Shown: positions 17,838 to 27,974, numbered from the stretch's first letter. The stretch: 31,916 nucleotides of DNA from Bdellovibrionota bacterium (GCA_044345405.1 JBIJBE010000039.1:1-31916), one strand, 5' to 3'. The notes: generated by a model from the sequence alone, not told the origin. Translations and numbers: made by a program.

Positions 17838-18986
17838 CTACCCCCGCTGCAACTCCTTCCGCAGAATATTGGTCATAATCTCACTCGTTCCTCCACCGAT
17901 CGGCATGAGTCGAAGGTCACGCCACCAACGTTCTGGAAGGAACTCGGTCGTATAGCCGTATCCACCGTGAATCTGAATCGCTTTGTCAGCTATCCAGACG
18001 GCGTCGTCGCACACCATTCGCTTCGCGGCGGCTACGAGAGGACGACAGTCGCGTCCGGAGCACAGTTCATCGAGCGCGCGGTGTGCCAGAGCCTCGCCGA
18101 GAACGATGCGGCGCTCCATCTCCTGCATGTATCCGGCGATATCGGAGAACTCGTGGAGCTTTTTGCCGAACGCCTTTCGCTCACCAGCGTATCGTGTGGC
18201 TGAGTGAAGGCACATCTTCGCTCCGGCGAGGGAGGTGAGGGTCAGCATCAGCCGTTCCCAGTTCAGATTGGAGGCCGCTTGCCCCCAGCCTTCACCGACT
18301 TTTCCGAGAACGCATGACTCGTCTACTTCAACATCCTCAAAGGAGAGCTCCGCGGTATCAGAGGCATGCCATCCGAGCTTGTGGAGGGTCTTGGAGACCT
18401 TAAAGCCCTTTGATTTCGTATCAACAACGAAGGTGGTAAATCCCTTATATCCGGCGTTCGGATCGGTCTTGGTAAGGACGAGGATAAAATCAGCGCGAGC
18501 GCCATTAGTGATAAAGGTCTTTGAGCCGTTAATCTTCCACGTCGATCCGTGTTTAGTGGCGACCGTCCTTATACTTGCTAAATCGCTTCCAGCGCCCGGT
18601 TCCGTGAACGCGTACGCGCTGATCGCCTCTCCGGTAACCGCCTTGGGAAGCCATTTCTTTTTCGCGGTCTCTGTGCCGAATTTCTCTAGGGCGTGACTGA
18701 TCACGAGGGAGTGCATGTTTACCCCAACGGTGAGTCCCACCGACGCGAGCTCTCCAAAGGTCTCGCACCACGCTCCCGCCATCTTGTAGTCACCGCCAAC
18801 ACCACCGTACTCCTCAGAGATGAGGAGACCGAGGTATCCCTGGTCTCCGAGAAGTTTGAAGACATCATTCGGAAAGAAGCCCTCCCTCTCCCATTTCGCT
18901 ACGTGCGGAATCAGCTCCTGATGGACGAGCTTGGTAACCGAATCTATGAACGCTTCGTGGTCACGATAGTAGGGGAGTGCTTTCAT
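17838..18986 (-). CDS. Acyl-CoA dehydrogenase
   Basis: AFTEPGAGSD, INGSKTFITNG, AIQIHGGYGY and IGGGTSEI. Confidence 0.96.
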   Translation of the reverse strand: MKALPYYRDHEAFIDSVTKLVHQELIPHVAKWEREGFFPNDVFKLLGDQGYLGLLISEEYGGVGGDYKMAGAWCETFGELASVGLTVGVNMHSLVISHALEKFGTETAKKKWLPKAVTGEAISAYAFTEPGAGSDLASIRTVATKHGSTWKINGSKTFITNGARADFILVLTKTDPNAGYKGFTTFVVDTKSKGFKVSKTLHKLGWHASDTAELSFEDVEVDESCVLGKVGEGWGQAASNLNWERLMLTLTSLAGAKMCLHSATRYAGERKAFGKKLHEFSDIAGYMQEMERRIVLGEALAHRALDELCSGRDCRPLVAAAKRMVCDDAVWIADKAIQIHGGYGYTTEFLPERWWRDLRLMPIGGGTSEIMTNILRKELQRG

Positions 18987-21199
18987 TGAAGTCTCTCTGC
19001 GATAACCTCGGCGATATCTCGAACGTCGAGCTTCGCCTCGTTATTAGTTAGTTTAACTCCGTCCTCCATCATCTGCATACAGAAAGGACACGCGGTCGCC
19101 ACGGTTGAGGCTCCTGTTTCAGCGGCTTCGGCCGCTCGAACTGAGTTAACTCGCTCACCTATCTTGAGGTCCATCCAGAAATGTCCTCCACCAGCGCCGC
19201 AGCACAGGCCCTTCTCACGACTTCGGTCCATCTCAAGGATCTTGAGACCCTTGACCGCTTTAAGAGTTTTTCGTGGAGCTTCGTACTCGTCGTTCACGCG
19301 GCCCAGATAACACGGATCGTGGAAGGTGACCTCTTTGAGAGCCTCCTCCTTTAATGGAAGCTTGTCGGCCTCAAGGAGTCTTCTCAGAAGGACCGAGTGA
19401 TGGATGATCTCAGGCTGTCGTCCCTCTCCAAGATTTCCGAATTGAGGATACTCATTCTTGATCGTGTTGAAACAGTGCGGGCAGTTCGCTACGAGTGTCT
19501 TAAATGAGACAGACTTCAAGAGCTCGATGTTCTGCTTAGCGAGGGTTTGGAAAAGGTTCTCCTCTCCGAGCCGCCGCGCCGGATCGCCGGAGCACCCCTC
19601 CATCGTTCCGAGAACGCCGAACGAGAGTCCGGCGCGATTCATGATCGTTACCAACGACTTCGCGATCTTCTGCTTGCGAGGATCGAACGCGGAGACGCAT
19701 CCAACCCAGTAGAGATAGTCGACGGCATCGCCCGGTTGGAGCTGTTTCACATCGAGCCCATCGAGCCACTTCACTCGGTCCTCTTGCGGTCCGTATGGAT
19801 TGGCGCGGCTCTCGAGGGAGCGCAGGGTCGCTTGCGCCTCGTGGGGAAGTTGTCCCTCCATCATCGTCATGTGTCGTCGGTTGCCCACGATCTGATCAAC
19901 GTGGTTGATACCGACCGGGCACGCCTCTACGCACGCGAGGCAGGTATTGCAGCTCCAGAAAGACATCGGATCCATGACGTCTCCAGCTATCTTCGCGTCC
20001 GCGGAACCTCCAAGGGATCGGACGGAGTTTTGAACGAGCGGGTTTTGCGCTCGGTAGCTACCGGCGGCGTCGAATCCATTTTCGGTTCGCTTGAGCGAGT
20101 TGAATGGAAGTGTCACATTCTCCATCAGGGCTCGGTCGAGCGCTGCCGCGGGATTGATTCCGCTTTGAGGGGGAAGGGTCCCTTCGGCTTGAAGCGCGTG
20201 CGCGTGGTTTCGTGTGTCGAGGATGACCCACTTCGGAGAAAGTGGTTTGCCGGTGAGGTACGCTGGGCACACCTCTTGGCATCTGCCACACTGCGTACAC
20301 GCGTCAAGGTCAAGAAGGTTCTTCCAGGTGTAATCCTTGATAGTTCCAAGTCCGAGCGCGAATTCCTCGCCCGTCTCCATGAGCTTCTCGATATCCCCGA
20401 TGAACGGTAGCGCGCCTTTCGGTCGCTCTGTTCGCGCGAAGAAGAGGTTTAACGGGCTCGATACTATGTGGAAGAACTTCGTGTACGGGAGGAGCGCGAC
20501 GAACGCGTATACGGTCAGGGTGTGGAACCACCACATCGCAAAATGGATCTCTTTTGTCCTCTCAACCGAGAGGAACCAAACAGATTTGGCGAAGAGCCAC
20601 CCGATAGGGGAATAGAGTTGCCACGGGTCGTTGGTTGCGTGAATGCGCAGCCCCTCAAGAGCGAAGCCCTGAACGACAAGCACTGCAAGCATCACGAGGA
20701 TAAACGAGTCGTTCGGGCTGACGTGCACCGCGTCCGCTTTCTGCATAAAGCGGCGGTACCCAAAGTAGATAACTCCAGCGAGGAGCAAGATGCCGAAGAC
20801 GTCGCTGAACATCGTCACCCACAGGTAGAACTGTCCCTGATAGATCTTGATTCCGAGATCGTGGTGGATGAACACCATCGTTGTGGTGAAGGTGAGAACG
20901 AGAAATCCGAAGTAGACCAGAAGGTGGGCGATGGCGGAGCCACTCTTGCCCCGACTAACCTTGCGCTGAAGGAAGCCGTGCTGGATCAGGTCATCGAGGC
21001 GCCATCCCCACAGGCCGAGGCTCTCGGGGGAAGGGCGTCCTGAACGCCAAAGTAGGGTGCGTTGTAGAATACCGTTCACGCCGATGGCGAGGGCGACAAC
21101 TAAAAGACCGTACAACGCTACTACGTTAGGCAGCGTATTGAGATTCCACATGATTTCGCGAGTTGGTGTCATGGTGACTAAGGTAATCTTATCAAGCAC
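18983..21199 (-). CDS. Membrane-anchored Fe-S oxidoreductase with CCG domains (FadF/HdrD-like)
   Basis: N-terminal TM helices, CTQCGRCQEVCP and CNTCLACVEACP, plus CPHC, HDPCYLGR, CCGAGG and CPFC. Overlaps the acyl-CoA dehydrogenase gene by ATGA. Confidence 0.9.
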   Translation of the reverse strand: MLDKITLVTMTPTREIMWNLNTLPNVVALYGLLVVALAIGVNGILQRTLLWRSGRPSPESLGLWGWRLDDLIQHGFLQRKVSRGKSGSAIAHLLVYFGFLVLTFTTTMVFIHHDLGIKIYQGQFYLWVTMFSDVFGILLLAGVIYFGYRRFMQKADAVHVSPNDSFILVMLAVLVVQGFALEGLRIHATNDPWQLYSPIGWLFAKSVWFLSVERTKEIHFAMWWFHTLTVYAFVALLPYTKFFHIVSSPLNLFFARTERPKGALPFIGDIEKLMETGEEFALGLGTIKDYTWKNLLDLDACTQCGRCQEVCPAYLTGKPLSPKWVILDTRNHAHALQAEGTLPPQSGINPAAALDRALMENVTLPFNSLKRTENGFDAAGSYRAQNPLVQNSVRSLGGSADAKIAGDVMDPMSFWSCNTCLACVEACPVGINHVDQIVGNRRHMTMMEGQLPHEAQATLRSLESRANPYGPQEDRVKWLDGLDVKQLQPGDAVDYLYWVGCVSAFDPRKQKIAKSLVTIMNRAGLSFGVLGTMEGCSGDPARRLGEENLFQTLAKQNIELLKSVSFKTLVANCPHCFNTIKNEYPQFGNLGEGRQPEIIHHSVLLRRLLEADKLPLKEEALKEVTFHDPCYLGRVNDEYEAPRKTLKAVKGLKILEMDRSREKGLCCGAGGGHFWMDLKIGERVNSVRAAEAAETGASTVATACPFCMQMMEDGVKLTNNEAKLDVRDIAEVIAERLQ

Positions 21200-21334
21200 T
21201 TCGCACCAGCTATCTTGTCACGTACCGGCAAACTTGCGCTTTGCTTGGGTCTACGACGACGCCAGACGCGGAGCATGAACCGCCGACGTCTAACGGTTTA
21301 CGGGGATCGTCGTCGGCGGACGTCCACGAATAGA

Positions 21335-21526
21335 GGGTAGGGTGTACCATCGGGGCTCATTGAAACCCGTAGTTCTTTAGTCGAACATCGATAGGCGGCT
21401 TGAGGGAATCGCCGGGGCTACTGTATGTAGCTGATACTGCAGGCATATTTACTGCGGTGCTTCTCGTTGACAACGGGTCCACCGGGCACGGACAATGAAA
21501 GAAGACATATGGGTACGCCCAAATCC
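21335..21526 (+). ncRNA. Candidate 6S RNA-like structured RNA (~190 nt)
   Basis: Terminal stem GGGTGTACC (21340-21348) with GGTACGCCC (21512-21520), inner ACCCGT/ACGGGT pairing, and a 3' segment TTCTCGTTGACAACGGGTCCA resembling the E. coli 6S TTCACCTTGAACCAAGGGTTCA. G-U pairs favour the + strand. Confidence 0.5.
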
Positions 21527-21627
21527 CGCCTCCACGCATCTTTTCTAGTAGACCTCCGATCCTGGTATTCCCGGCAGTTGACGGGTGTCGCTGCCGATTT
21601 TCTCGGTTAGCCCAGGATCTTCACCGT

Positions 21628-23022
21628 ATGAATAGCGAACCGTACCATCCGATCGTTCTTATCTATCAGGCCCTCCCACTTCTTATAGCGGTGGCTGGAT
21701 ACGTCTTTTTTATCGTCGCCTCCCTTGCTATCGCCCGCAGCCGTTCGGGACGCCTGGAGGAGCTTGTTGAGGTGGAAGCGTTCGGCGCCGAGCTGAGTGT
21801 GGAGATCATTCAGAATTCCGAGCGATATCTGCTGTGCACGCAGATGGGACGACTCTGTTCCTCTTTCAGCGCCGGCTTCTGTCTCGCGTTCTTAACTGGG
21901 TATATCGCTAAGCTTCCGGGTGAGGGTGGTGCCCTTACTACCTATGGCATCGTGCTCGCGGCGACTTCTGCCGCCGCGGTGATGATAACGACCTTGGTTG
22001 TAGTGCAGGTGGCGAAGGCATTCACCCTGCAGTTCGCTGAGAAAACGATCTGTGTTGTCGCGTACCCACTCCGATTATTTTACGTTCTCGTCGGTCCGAT
22101 CCTGATGTTCATTCACAACACGATCAATCGGGTGTTGGAGGGGTTCGATCTCCGTCTTACGACGGAACGCGATATTTCGCTCTCCACGGATGACCTGAGT
22201 GAGATCGTGAAATTCAGCACCGAATCCGGCACCATCGAGCAAAATGAACAGCGACTCATCGAGGGAATTGTTGATTTTACCGGTCTCGTGGTGCGCGAAG
22301 TGATGACACCCCGCAAAGATATCGTGTGGGCTCGCGAAAGCTCCACGACCGAAGAGCTTATCTCGTTGTGCACGCGCGAGGGGGTGTCTCGCGTTTTGAT
22401 CTGTGGCTCCGACCTCGATGACGTCAAAGGGATGATTCTGGCCAAGGACCTCCTGACCTTCATTAACAAACCGGTCACGACAGACGCGTGGCGCGCGTTG
22501 ACACGCGAGACCTACAAGGTTCCTAATACGAAACCGGTGGATGACCTCCTGCATGAATTTCGATCGAGTGGAAATCATCTCGCCGTGGTTCTTGATGAGC
22601 ACGGAGGAGTTGGCGGAATCGTGACCTTGGAAGATCTCGTTGAGGAGATCGTGGGAGATATCTTTGACGAAACCGACGCGGCCTCGGAGCGCGAGCTCGT
22701 GATTCGAGAGGTGAACGGCGAGTGGATAGTCGATGGTTCCGCTGGCATAGACCAGTTACCCGAAGCCTTCGGGATTACGGCCTCTGAAGGCCATTACGAT
22801 ACGATAGCGGGTTATCTCCTCTCCCATTTGGGGCGGCTTCCTGAGGAGGGCGAGAGCTGTGAAATTGAAGGGGTCAGGTTTAAGGTCCTCGAGGTCCATC
22901 GACACCGAATAGCTCGCCTCGCTGTGACTATCCTGCCCCGTGAGGAACCGTTAGACAAAGGGGAGGAGCTTCCCCTCGCGGTCAATGGGTCGGCCCGCAG
23001 CCCCCGAAAAACGGCCGGCTAA
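21628..23022 (+). CDS. Hemolysin-family/CNNM (CorB/TlyC-like) protein: DUF21 TM region, CBS pair, CorC_HlyC domain
   Basis: VREVMTPR, VVLDEHGGVGGIVTLEDLVEEIVGDIFDE and YDTIAGY...GRLP. Confidence 0.92.
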   Translation: MNSEPYHPIVLIYQALPLLIAVAGYVFFIVASLAIARSRSGRLEELVEVEAFGAELSVEIIQNSERYLLCTQMGRLCSSFSAGFCLAFLTGYIAKLPGEGGALTTYGIVLAATSAAAVMITTLVVVQVAKAFTLQFAEKTICVVAYPLRLFYVLVGPILMFIHNTINRVLEGFDLRLTTERDISLSTDDLSEIVKFSTESGTIEQNEQRLIEGIVDFTGLVVREVMTPRKDIVWARESSTTEELISLCTREGVSRVLICGSDLDDVKGMILAKDLLTFINKPVTTDAWRALTRETYKVPNTKPVDDLLHEFRSSGNHLAVVLDEHGGVGGIVTLEDLVEEIVGDIFDETDAASERELVIREVNGEWIVDGSAGIDQLPEAFGITASEGHYDTIAGYLLSHLGRLPEEGESCEIEGVRFKVLEVHRHRIARLAVTILPREEPLDKGEELPLAVNGSARSPRKTAG

Positions 23023-23242
23023 CCCTCCGCGGTCATCCAACGTATCTCTTGTAACTATTGTTTGAATCCTTTTCCTTGGGCCCTTCATCTTCAGGGTATA
23101 GCGCCGTAGTCCGCCCCGCGTTGGGCTTGGGCACGAAATGAGAGGAGTAGCGAAAAACCACCCTCATGAGCTGCTGTTTTATCTTCGTTTCTTACCACTA
23201 TCGTGCTGGGGCCCTCGCCTAGCGATTGAGGAGCGACACACT

Positions 23243-23845
23243 ATGGATTCTGACATTCTTGAGGGCTTACCAACGACCGAGGAGCTAGCGGGTGAGAGCG
23301 CCCCTGAATCGGTACCTACCGTAGGAGTAACGTCGGCACCGCCCGCGCCTCCGGTTGACGCCGCTTCGATTGAGCCCGCGCCGCAAACGGTTGGGGCGCA
23401 GATTTCGGAAGATCCGGCCGTCCTCACGGCGGAATCGAGTGGTAAAGAGGAGCCGGCCAAGAACACAACAGCGGCACCAGGTATCTCGCACATTCCGGAG
23501 GGCCCTCGAGTTGATGTGAGTGCCGCCACGGTCGCTCGCATGATGGGGATCGCCTCCACGAGCGATCTTCGACTCCTTGAGGGGCGGGTGGATCTCTTGA
23601 CCTCAAAGGTGGCAGCTATTCTCACAAAGATGGATCGGTGCCTCTCGATGTTTGGATCGGTTCCAACGGCGAGCGATATCGGACGGCTTGAGGTACAGGT
23701 CGCTTCGATGAAATCCATGATGAGAGAGCTTCTCGATTCCGTGGGAGCTCCTGTCAGTTCAGGTAAGGAGTCGGGAGATCGGGCCGCGGCGCAGGAGCAA
23801 AGTCGAAAGCTCCGCGAAGGAATCAAAACGAATACAGAGGCGTAG
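23243..23845 (+). CDS. Hypothetical protein, disordered acidic N-terminus and coiled-coil C-terminus
   Basis: GAGGAG precedes the ATG at 23243 (ORF track start 23138). Co-oriented and 23 nt before the next gene. Confidence 0.75.
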   Translation: MDSDILEGLPTTEELAGESAPESVPTVGVTSAPPAPPVDAASIEPAPQTVGAQISEDPAVLTAESSGKEEPAKNTTAAPGISHIPEGPRVDVSAATVARMMGIASTSDLRLLEGRVDLLTSKVAAILTKMDRCLSMFGSVPTASDIGRLEVQVASMKSMMRELLDSVGAPVSSGKESGDRAAAQEQSRKLREGIKTNTEA

Positions 23846-23868
23846 TCCTTCTTTTAAGGAGACACACT

Positions 23869-24609
23869 ATGAGCGAACAACAGAAAGATTCACAGGGAAC
23901 GCTCTCGCAACGAATTGAGAAGAGCAAGACGCGCCAGAAGAGCTACGTGATGGATCTGCGTGTGCAGAGTCCCGCGTCGATGGGATATTTCGGCGTTGAA
24001 GGTTTGGACTCCGCGCCGGCGATAGTTCGACTCGCGAAGGTAAAGGGGCTGGACGTTATCGCTATTACCGATTTCTACAGCGGTGAATTTATCGACCGAA
24101 TGGTTGCCGCTGCGAAGAGCTCTCCGTTAACGGTTATTCCCGGCGTCAGCGTCCGTTGTCGTGTGAAAACATGCTCGGATGTGGTCATATCGTGCCTCTT
24201 CCCCGAATCCATTACCTCAGATGGAATTGCCGCGTTTCTCCGTGAACTTCAGGTTCCCGAGGACGCCCGAGGAAATCCTGATTTCGTGTTAACCGTATCT
24301 ATTGATCAACTCCTACACTCCCTTTCTTCACGTAACGGTATCGCGATCCCCAGTCGTCTCGACAAAACACCACACCGGATGTCGATCATCCCTGAGCTCG
24401 TCGAGACCTACGGCTTTCGCGCCTTCGATCTCGCGTACACGGACTCCTCCGCGTATTTTAAGAAACGTTGGCCGAAGTTAAAGTTTCAGCTCTTCACCTT
24501 CTCTGACGCGAACGCGCTCGCCCAGATCGGGAGCCGAAACGCTAAGGTGAAGATGCCGACGCCGGGGTTCGAGGGGCTCAAGGACCTCATCGGCCGAGAG
24601 CTAGCGTAA
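23869..24609 (+). CDS. PHP-domain protein with degenerate metal ligands
   Basis: AAGGAG RBS. DLRVQSPAS, GLDVIAITDF, VIPGVSV, IAIPSRLD and FSDAN align with PHP motifs DLHxHS, ITDH, PGVEI, IPAH and SDAH. Confidence 0.8.
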   Translation: MSEQQKDSQGTLSQRIEKSKTRQKSYVMDLRVQSPASMGYFGVEGLDSAPAIVRLAKVKGLDVIAITDFYSGEFIDRMVAAAKSSPLTVIPGVSVRCRVKTCSDVVISCLFPESITSDGIAAFLRELQVPEDARGNPDFVLTVSIDQLLHSLSSRNGIAIPSRLDKTPHRMSIIPELVETYGFRAFDLAYTDSSAYFKKRWPKLKFQLFTFSDANALAQIGSRNAKVKMPTPGFEGLKDLIGRELA

Positions 24610-24692
24610 GCGACCTCCACTCCCTCCCGATGCGCCGCCCCGTTGCGTGACCATCTTGCCTGACCCCACCCGTTCGCAGCACAATACGCTCC

Positions 24693-25160
24693 ATGGCACG
24701 ATGGCTCGTAAAGACTGAACCCGACGTATTCTCTATCGATGATTTCGCGCGCTCGAAGGTCACCGACTGGACCGGTGTGCGTAACTACCAAGCTCGCAAT
24801 TTTCTGATGGCGATGGAGGAAGGGGAGGACGTACTCATCTACCACTCAAATGCTGAACCTCCGGGGGTGGTGGGACTCGCCACGGTGCACAAGAAGGCCT
24901 CGCCCGACCAGACCCAGTTCGACTCCTCCAGTGAGTACTTCGAACCGAAGGCGACTAAAGCGAATCCGAGGTGGTTTTGCCCCGATCTTAAGTTTGTGCG
25001 AAAATTCGCCCGGCAGATCCCCCTCGATGAGTTGCGCGGCACTAAGTCCTTGGAAGGGCTCGCCTTGTTACAAAAGGGGTCGAGGCTAAGTGTTATCCCA
25101 GTGTCGGATAAACACTTCGATACGATAGTCACCATGGCTTCAAAGAAGTCTCCCGCATAG
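24693..25160 (+). CDS. EVE domain-containing protein
   Basis: WLVKTEP, WTGVRNYQARNF, YHSN and RLSVIPV. Confidence 0.93.
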   Translation: MARWLVKTEPDVFSIDDFARSKVTDWTGVRNYQARNFLMAMEEGEDVLIYHSNAEPPGVVGLATVHKKASPDQTQFDSSSEYFEPKATKANPRWFCPDLKFVRKFARQIPLDELRGTKSLEGLALLQKGSRLSVIPVSDKHFDTIVTMASKKSPA

Positions 25161-25168
25161 GAGTGTAG

Positions 25169-25960
25169 GTGGGCGAGAAAATTACAATCAAAACCGCTGA
25201 AGAGATCGCGCTCATGCGCGAAACGTGTCAGGTCACCGCTACTATCCTCGACGAAGTAGGGGAGATCATCCGCCCCGGTATGAACACCGAGGAGATCAAC
25301 TCATTCGTTCACCGCCGCACCTTGGAGCACGGAGCTATTCCATCTCCACTGAACTACAAGGGCTATCCGAAATCCGTGTGCGTGTCTCCGAACGATGTCG
25401 TGTGTCACGGTATCCCCGCACCCTATATTCTCCTCATGCCAGGCGATATCGTGAACGTCGATGTCACCTGCTACAAGAACGGCTTCCACGGTGATTCAAG
25501 CCGTATGTACTTCGTTGGTGGTGAAGAGGCGTGCTCTCCTGAGGCGATCCAGTTGGTGAAGGTTACCCGAGAGGCCCTCTTCGCCGGTATTCGTCAGGTA
25601 AAGCCCGGTAATCGGATCGGCGATATCGGCGGCGCGATTCAGGATTACATTAAGACCACCGGAAGGAACTACGGCATCGTGCGCGAATACACCGGACACG
25701 GACTCGGTCGCGAGTTCCACGAAGCTCCGCAAGTTATTCACACCGCTCGTCGTGGATCCGGCGATATCATGCGTCCCGGTATGACCTTTACGATTGAGCC
25801 GATGATCAATATCGGGACAGCGCGCACCTCGCTCTCGAAGGTTGATGGGTGGACCGTTCGTACCGCTGATGGATCGCTCTCAGCGCAGTGGGAGCACACC
25901 GTGCTCGTCACCGAGACGGGCGTCGATATCATGACGACGAGTCCGAAGGGGCTGTTCTAA
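25169..25960 (+). CDS. map: Methionine aminopeptidase, type I
   Basis: VCHGIP, GDIVNVDVT, HGDSSR, GHGLG..FHE, FTIEPMIN and SAQWEHT. Confidence 0.97.
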   Translation: MGEKITIKTAEEIALMRETCQVTATILDEVGEIIRPGMNTEEINSFVHRRTLEHGAIPSPLNYKGYPKSVCVSPNDVVCHGIPAPYILLMPGDIVNVDVTCYKNGFHGDSSRMYFVGGEEACSPEAIQLVKVTREALFAGIRQVKPGNRIGDIGGAIQDYIKTTGRNYGIVREYTGHGLGREFHEAPQVIHTARRGSGDIMRPGMTFTIEPMINIGTARTSLSKVDGWTVRTADGSLSAQWEHTVLVTETGVDIMTTSPKGLF

Positions 25961-26009
25961 CGTCCCTTGTGACTCGTGAGTATTGAGTTCGGGCTCGTTG
26001 ATCGGTCCA

Positions 26010-27974
26010 TCACTGTTTTTTCTTTGCGGTCCAGGAGTATGAGAAGCTGCGGCTCGTGTCAGACTTCGTCGCGATGGTCTTTCCAGTCAACGTAGACCCG
26101 TCCGCTGAAAGTTCGGCTGTCGAGTGGAGCGTCCAGTAGTTATTTTGTACATGGAATTCAATCATCTTCGATTCCGTCACTCGTCCCGTCAGATGATGGA
26201 AGCCAACGACGCTATTGAGCGAGTATGGCTGGGTATACTGACTCTCAGAGAAGCTCATCCCTCGTAGCTCTCCGTTCCTGAACGCGAGCATCGTTAGGAC
26301 ACCGCCGATCGCGGGTTCCTCTGGCGTTTGCTGGGAGTCGGAGACCCATTCCCATGCCCCATTCACCGGCGCGTGAGGATCTACCTGAGACTGTGGACGG
26401 AGAGATCCGTTCGCCTCGCGGCGATTGCGTGCGTGTTGATGGTTGACCTGTCGTTGTAACTCGAACGCAATCAGCCGATCCTTGTTGGTGTCTCCCGGTG
26501 AAAACCAATCGAAGGAGCTGCCTGTCGTTGGTTTGCCATCGATCTCTCCCTCAAATCCGATAGTGAGGTGATATCCATCGAGCTCGTTGTCCACTTGAGC
26601 GTCTCGATAAAAGAGCTTTGTAACCCGGGCGTCCGCTAAGGAGCGAACCTCGCCTCGCTCGGAGATCCCGTTGCGATTTTCGTCGAACCAGAGGGCCAAA
26701 GGCGCGAACTCCTCTCCCTCAATCGTTCCATTCGAATCCCCGTCGAGCGTCGCGAGAGCGTCGAACCCGTGTTTCCACGGTTGAGCGTTCGATGGTGGTG
26801 TTTCGTCAGGCTTGAGCATGGTCTTCAACGAACGCGAGGTTCCTCCGAAGCTCCACGATCCAAACAACTGATACGGGCTTGTAATGGAGCCCGTGCGCTG
26901 CGGGTCAATAACCAAGAGTGGATGGTCGGCGGATGCTTTCCAGGTGAACCATCGCTTGCTTTCGCCCGGAATAAGAGGAAACTGAGTGAAGGTCATATCC
27001 CGACTAATTGTAACGAGCGGAGCGAAATTCAGAGAGATCGGTGAGCCCTTCCATAATACCGATCCCGCGTTACAGCTGTCAGCGGGCACGGCTGAGAGCG
27101 GGATACGCTTGCAATTCGCGTCGAAATACATGTAGCCCTCGACACACGCGGTGACTGAGCTATCGGACAGCGTCTGGGTGCAGTTGACTAGTTGAGGAGA
27201 TCCGAAATAAGGACTGCCGTACAGTGCGTAGACAGCGTAATCGTCTCCCATAGCGACTGATGAATTGACGTACTGCTCCACCGTTAGGTTCCCTAAGGTC
27301 AACTTACCCAAGCAACTCCTGATCTTTTGCCCCTGAAGGGAGAGGTTCCAGAATTTGGAGGCTCTGCCCCAATTCCCCTCGTAGTTCACATTCAGCCTAA
27401 ATGCTTGGCAGGCCGCCGCTACTGGCGTTGGAGTTCTCGTGGCTGTTGGGGTGGCCGTGCGCGTTGGTGAAGCGGTGTTGGTGGGCGTGCGCGTTGGAGA
27501 CGCTGTCGATGATCCGGTAGGTGTTGGCGAAGGTTTCGGCGTCGCTGTCGAAGTCGGCGCTTCAGTCTGCGTCGGAAGGGGGGTGGCGGTTTGTGTCGGG
27601 GTCGATGTTGTGAAACGTGAGGTGCTGGTTGGCTGCGGTGTTTGAGTAGGGGTATGCGTTGGAGTGCAAGGCGGCGCGGTAATTGTTCGGCTGTCCGGAC
27701 AATTCGCGCCATCTCCTGTTGGAAGCTTTTTGATAATTGGGCTTATGACTGCTGTCTCGCCGCACGCCGGCTCAACAACTGGGAACTCATACTCGCAGTC
27801 CGAATCTGAGGTTGATGATACGCTGGGGTTTTCAGGACTTCGTACCTCGGTCTGTTGAGCCTCGCAGAACGCTACAGGCAGAACCGAAAGGACTACGAGA
27901 AGGAGCGAGGTAACGAGGCGGCTCCCCTGCGGAAGCCAATTCCGTGTTATCAAGCTATATGTAGCCTTGGTCAT
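26010..27974 (-). CDS. Secreted protein: signal peptide, Thr/Pro stalk, Cys-containing domain, FrpC self-processing-module-like Ca-binding domain, C-terminal beta domain
   Basis: Hydrophobic N-terminus ending AFCEA, TPT repeats, and SPISL...QLFG...GFDALATLDGDSNG...LWFDENRNGISERGE. Confidence 0.8.
   Translation of the reverse strand: MTKATYSLITRNWLPQGSRLVTSLLLVVLSVLPVAFCEAQQTEVRSPENPSVSSTSDSDCEYEFPVVEPACGETAVISPIIKKLPTGDGANCPDSRTITAPPCTPTHTPTQTPQPTSTSRFTTSTPTQTATPLPTQTEAPTSTATPKPSPTPTGSSTASPTRTPTNTASPTRTATPTATRTPTPVAAACQAFRLNVNYEGNWGRASKFWNLSLQGQKIRSCLGKLTLGNLTVEQYVNSSVAMGDDYAVYALYGSPYFGSPQLVNCTQTLSDSSVTACVEGYMYFDANCKRIPLSAVPADSCNAGSVLWKGSPISLNFAPLVTISRDMTFTQFPLIPGESKRWFTWKASADHPLLVIDPQRTGSITSPYQLFGSWSFGGTSRSLKTMLKPDETPPSNAQPWKHGFDALATLDGDSNGTIEGEEFAPLALWFDENRNGISERGEVRSLADARVTKLFYRDAQVDNELDGYHLTIGFEGEIDGKPTTGSSFDWFSPGDTNKDRLIAFELQRQVNHQHARNRREANGSLRPQSQVDPHAPVNGAWEWVSDSQQTPEEPAIGGVLTMLAFRNGELRGMSFSESQYTQPYSLNSVVGFHHLTGRVTESKMIEFHVQNNYWTLHSTAELSADGSTLTGKTIATKSDTSRSFSYSWTAKKKQ

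Noticed and set aside
15832-20410. Long antisense ORFs such as 15832..16629 and 19547..20410
   Set aside because: They are shadow frames opposite well-supported genes.
21357-21539. 60-aa minus-strand ORF
   Set aside because: No RBS or recognisable motif, and the region is better explained as plus-strand structured RNA.
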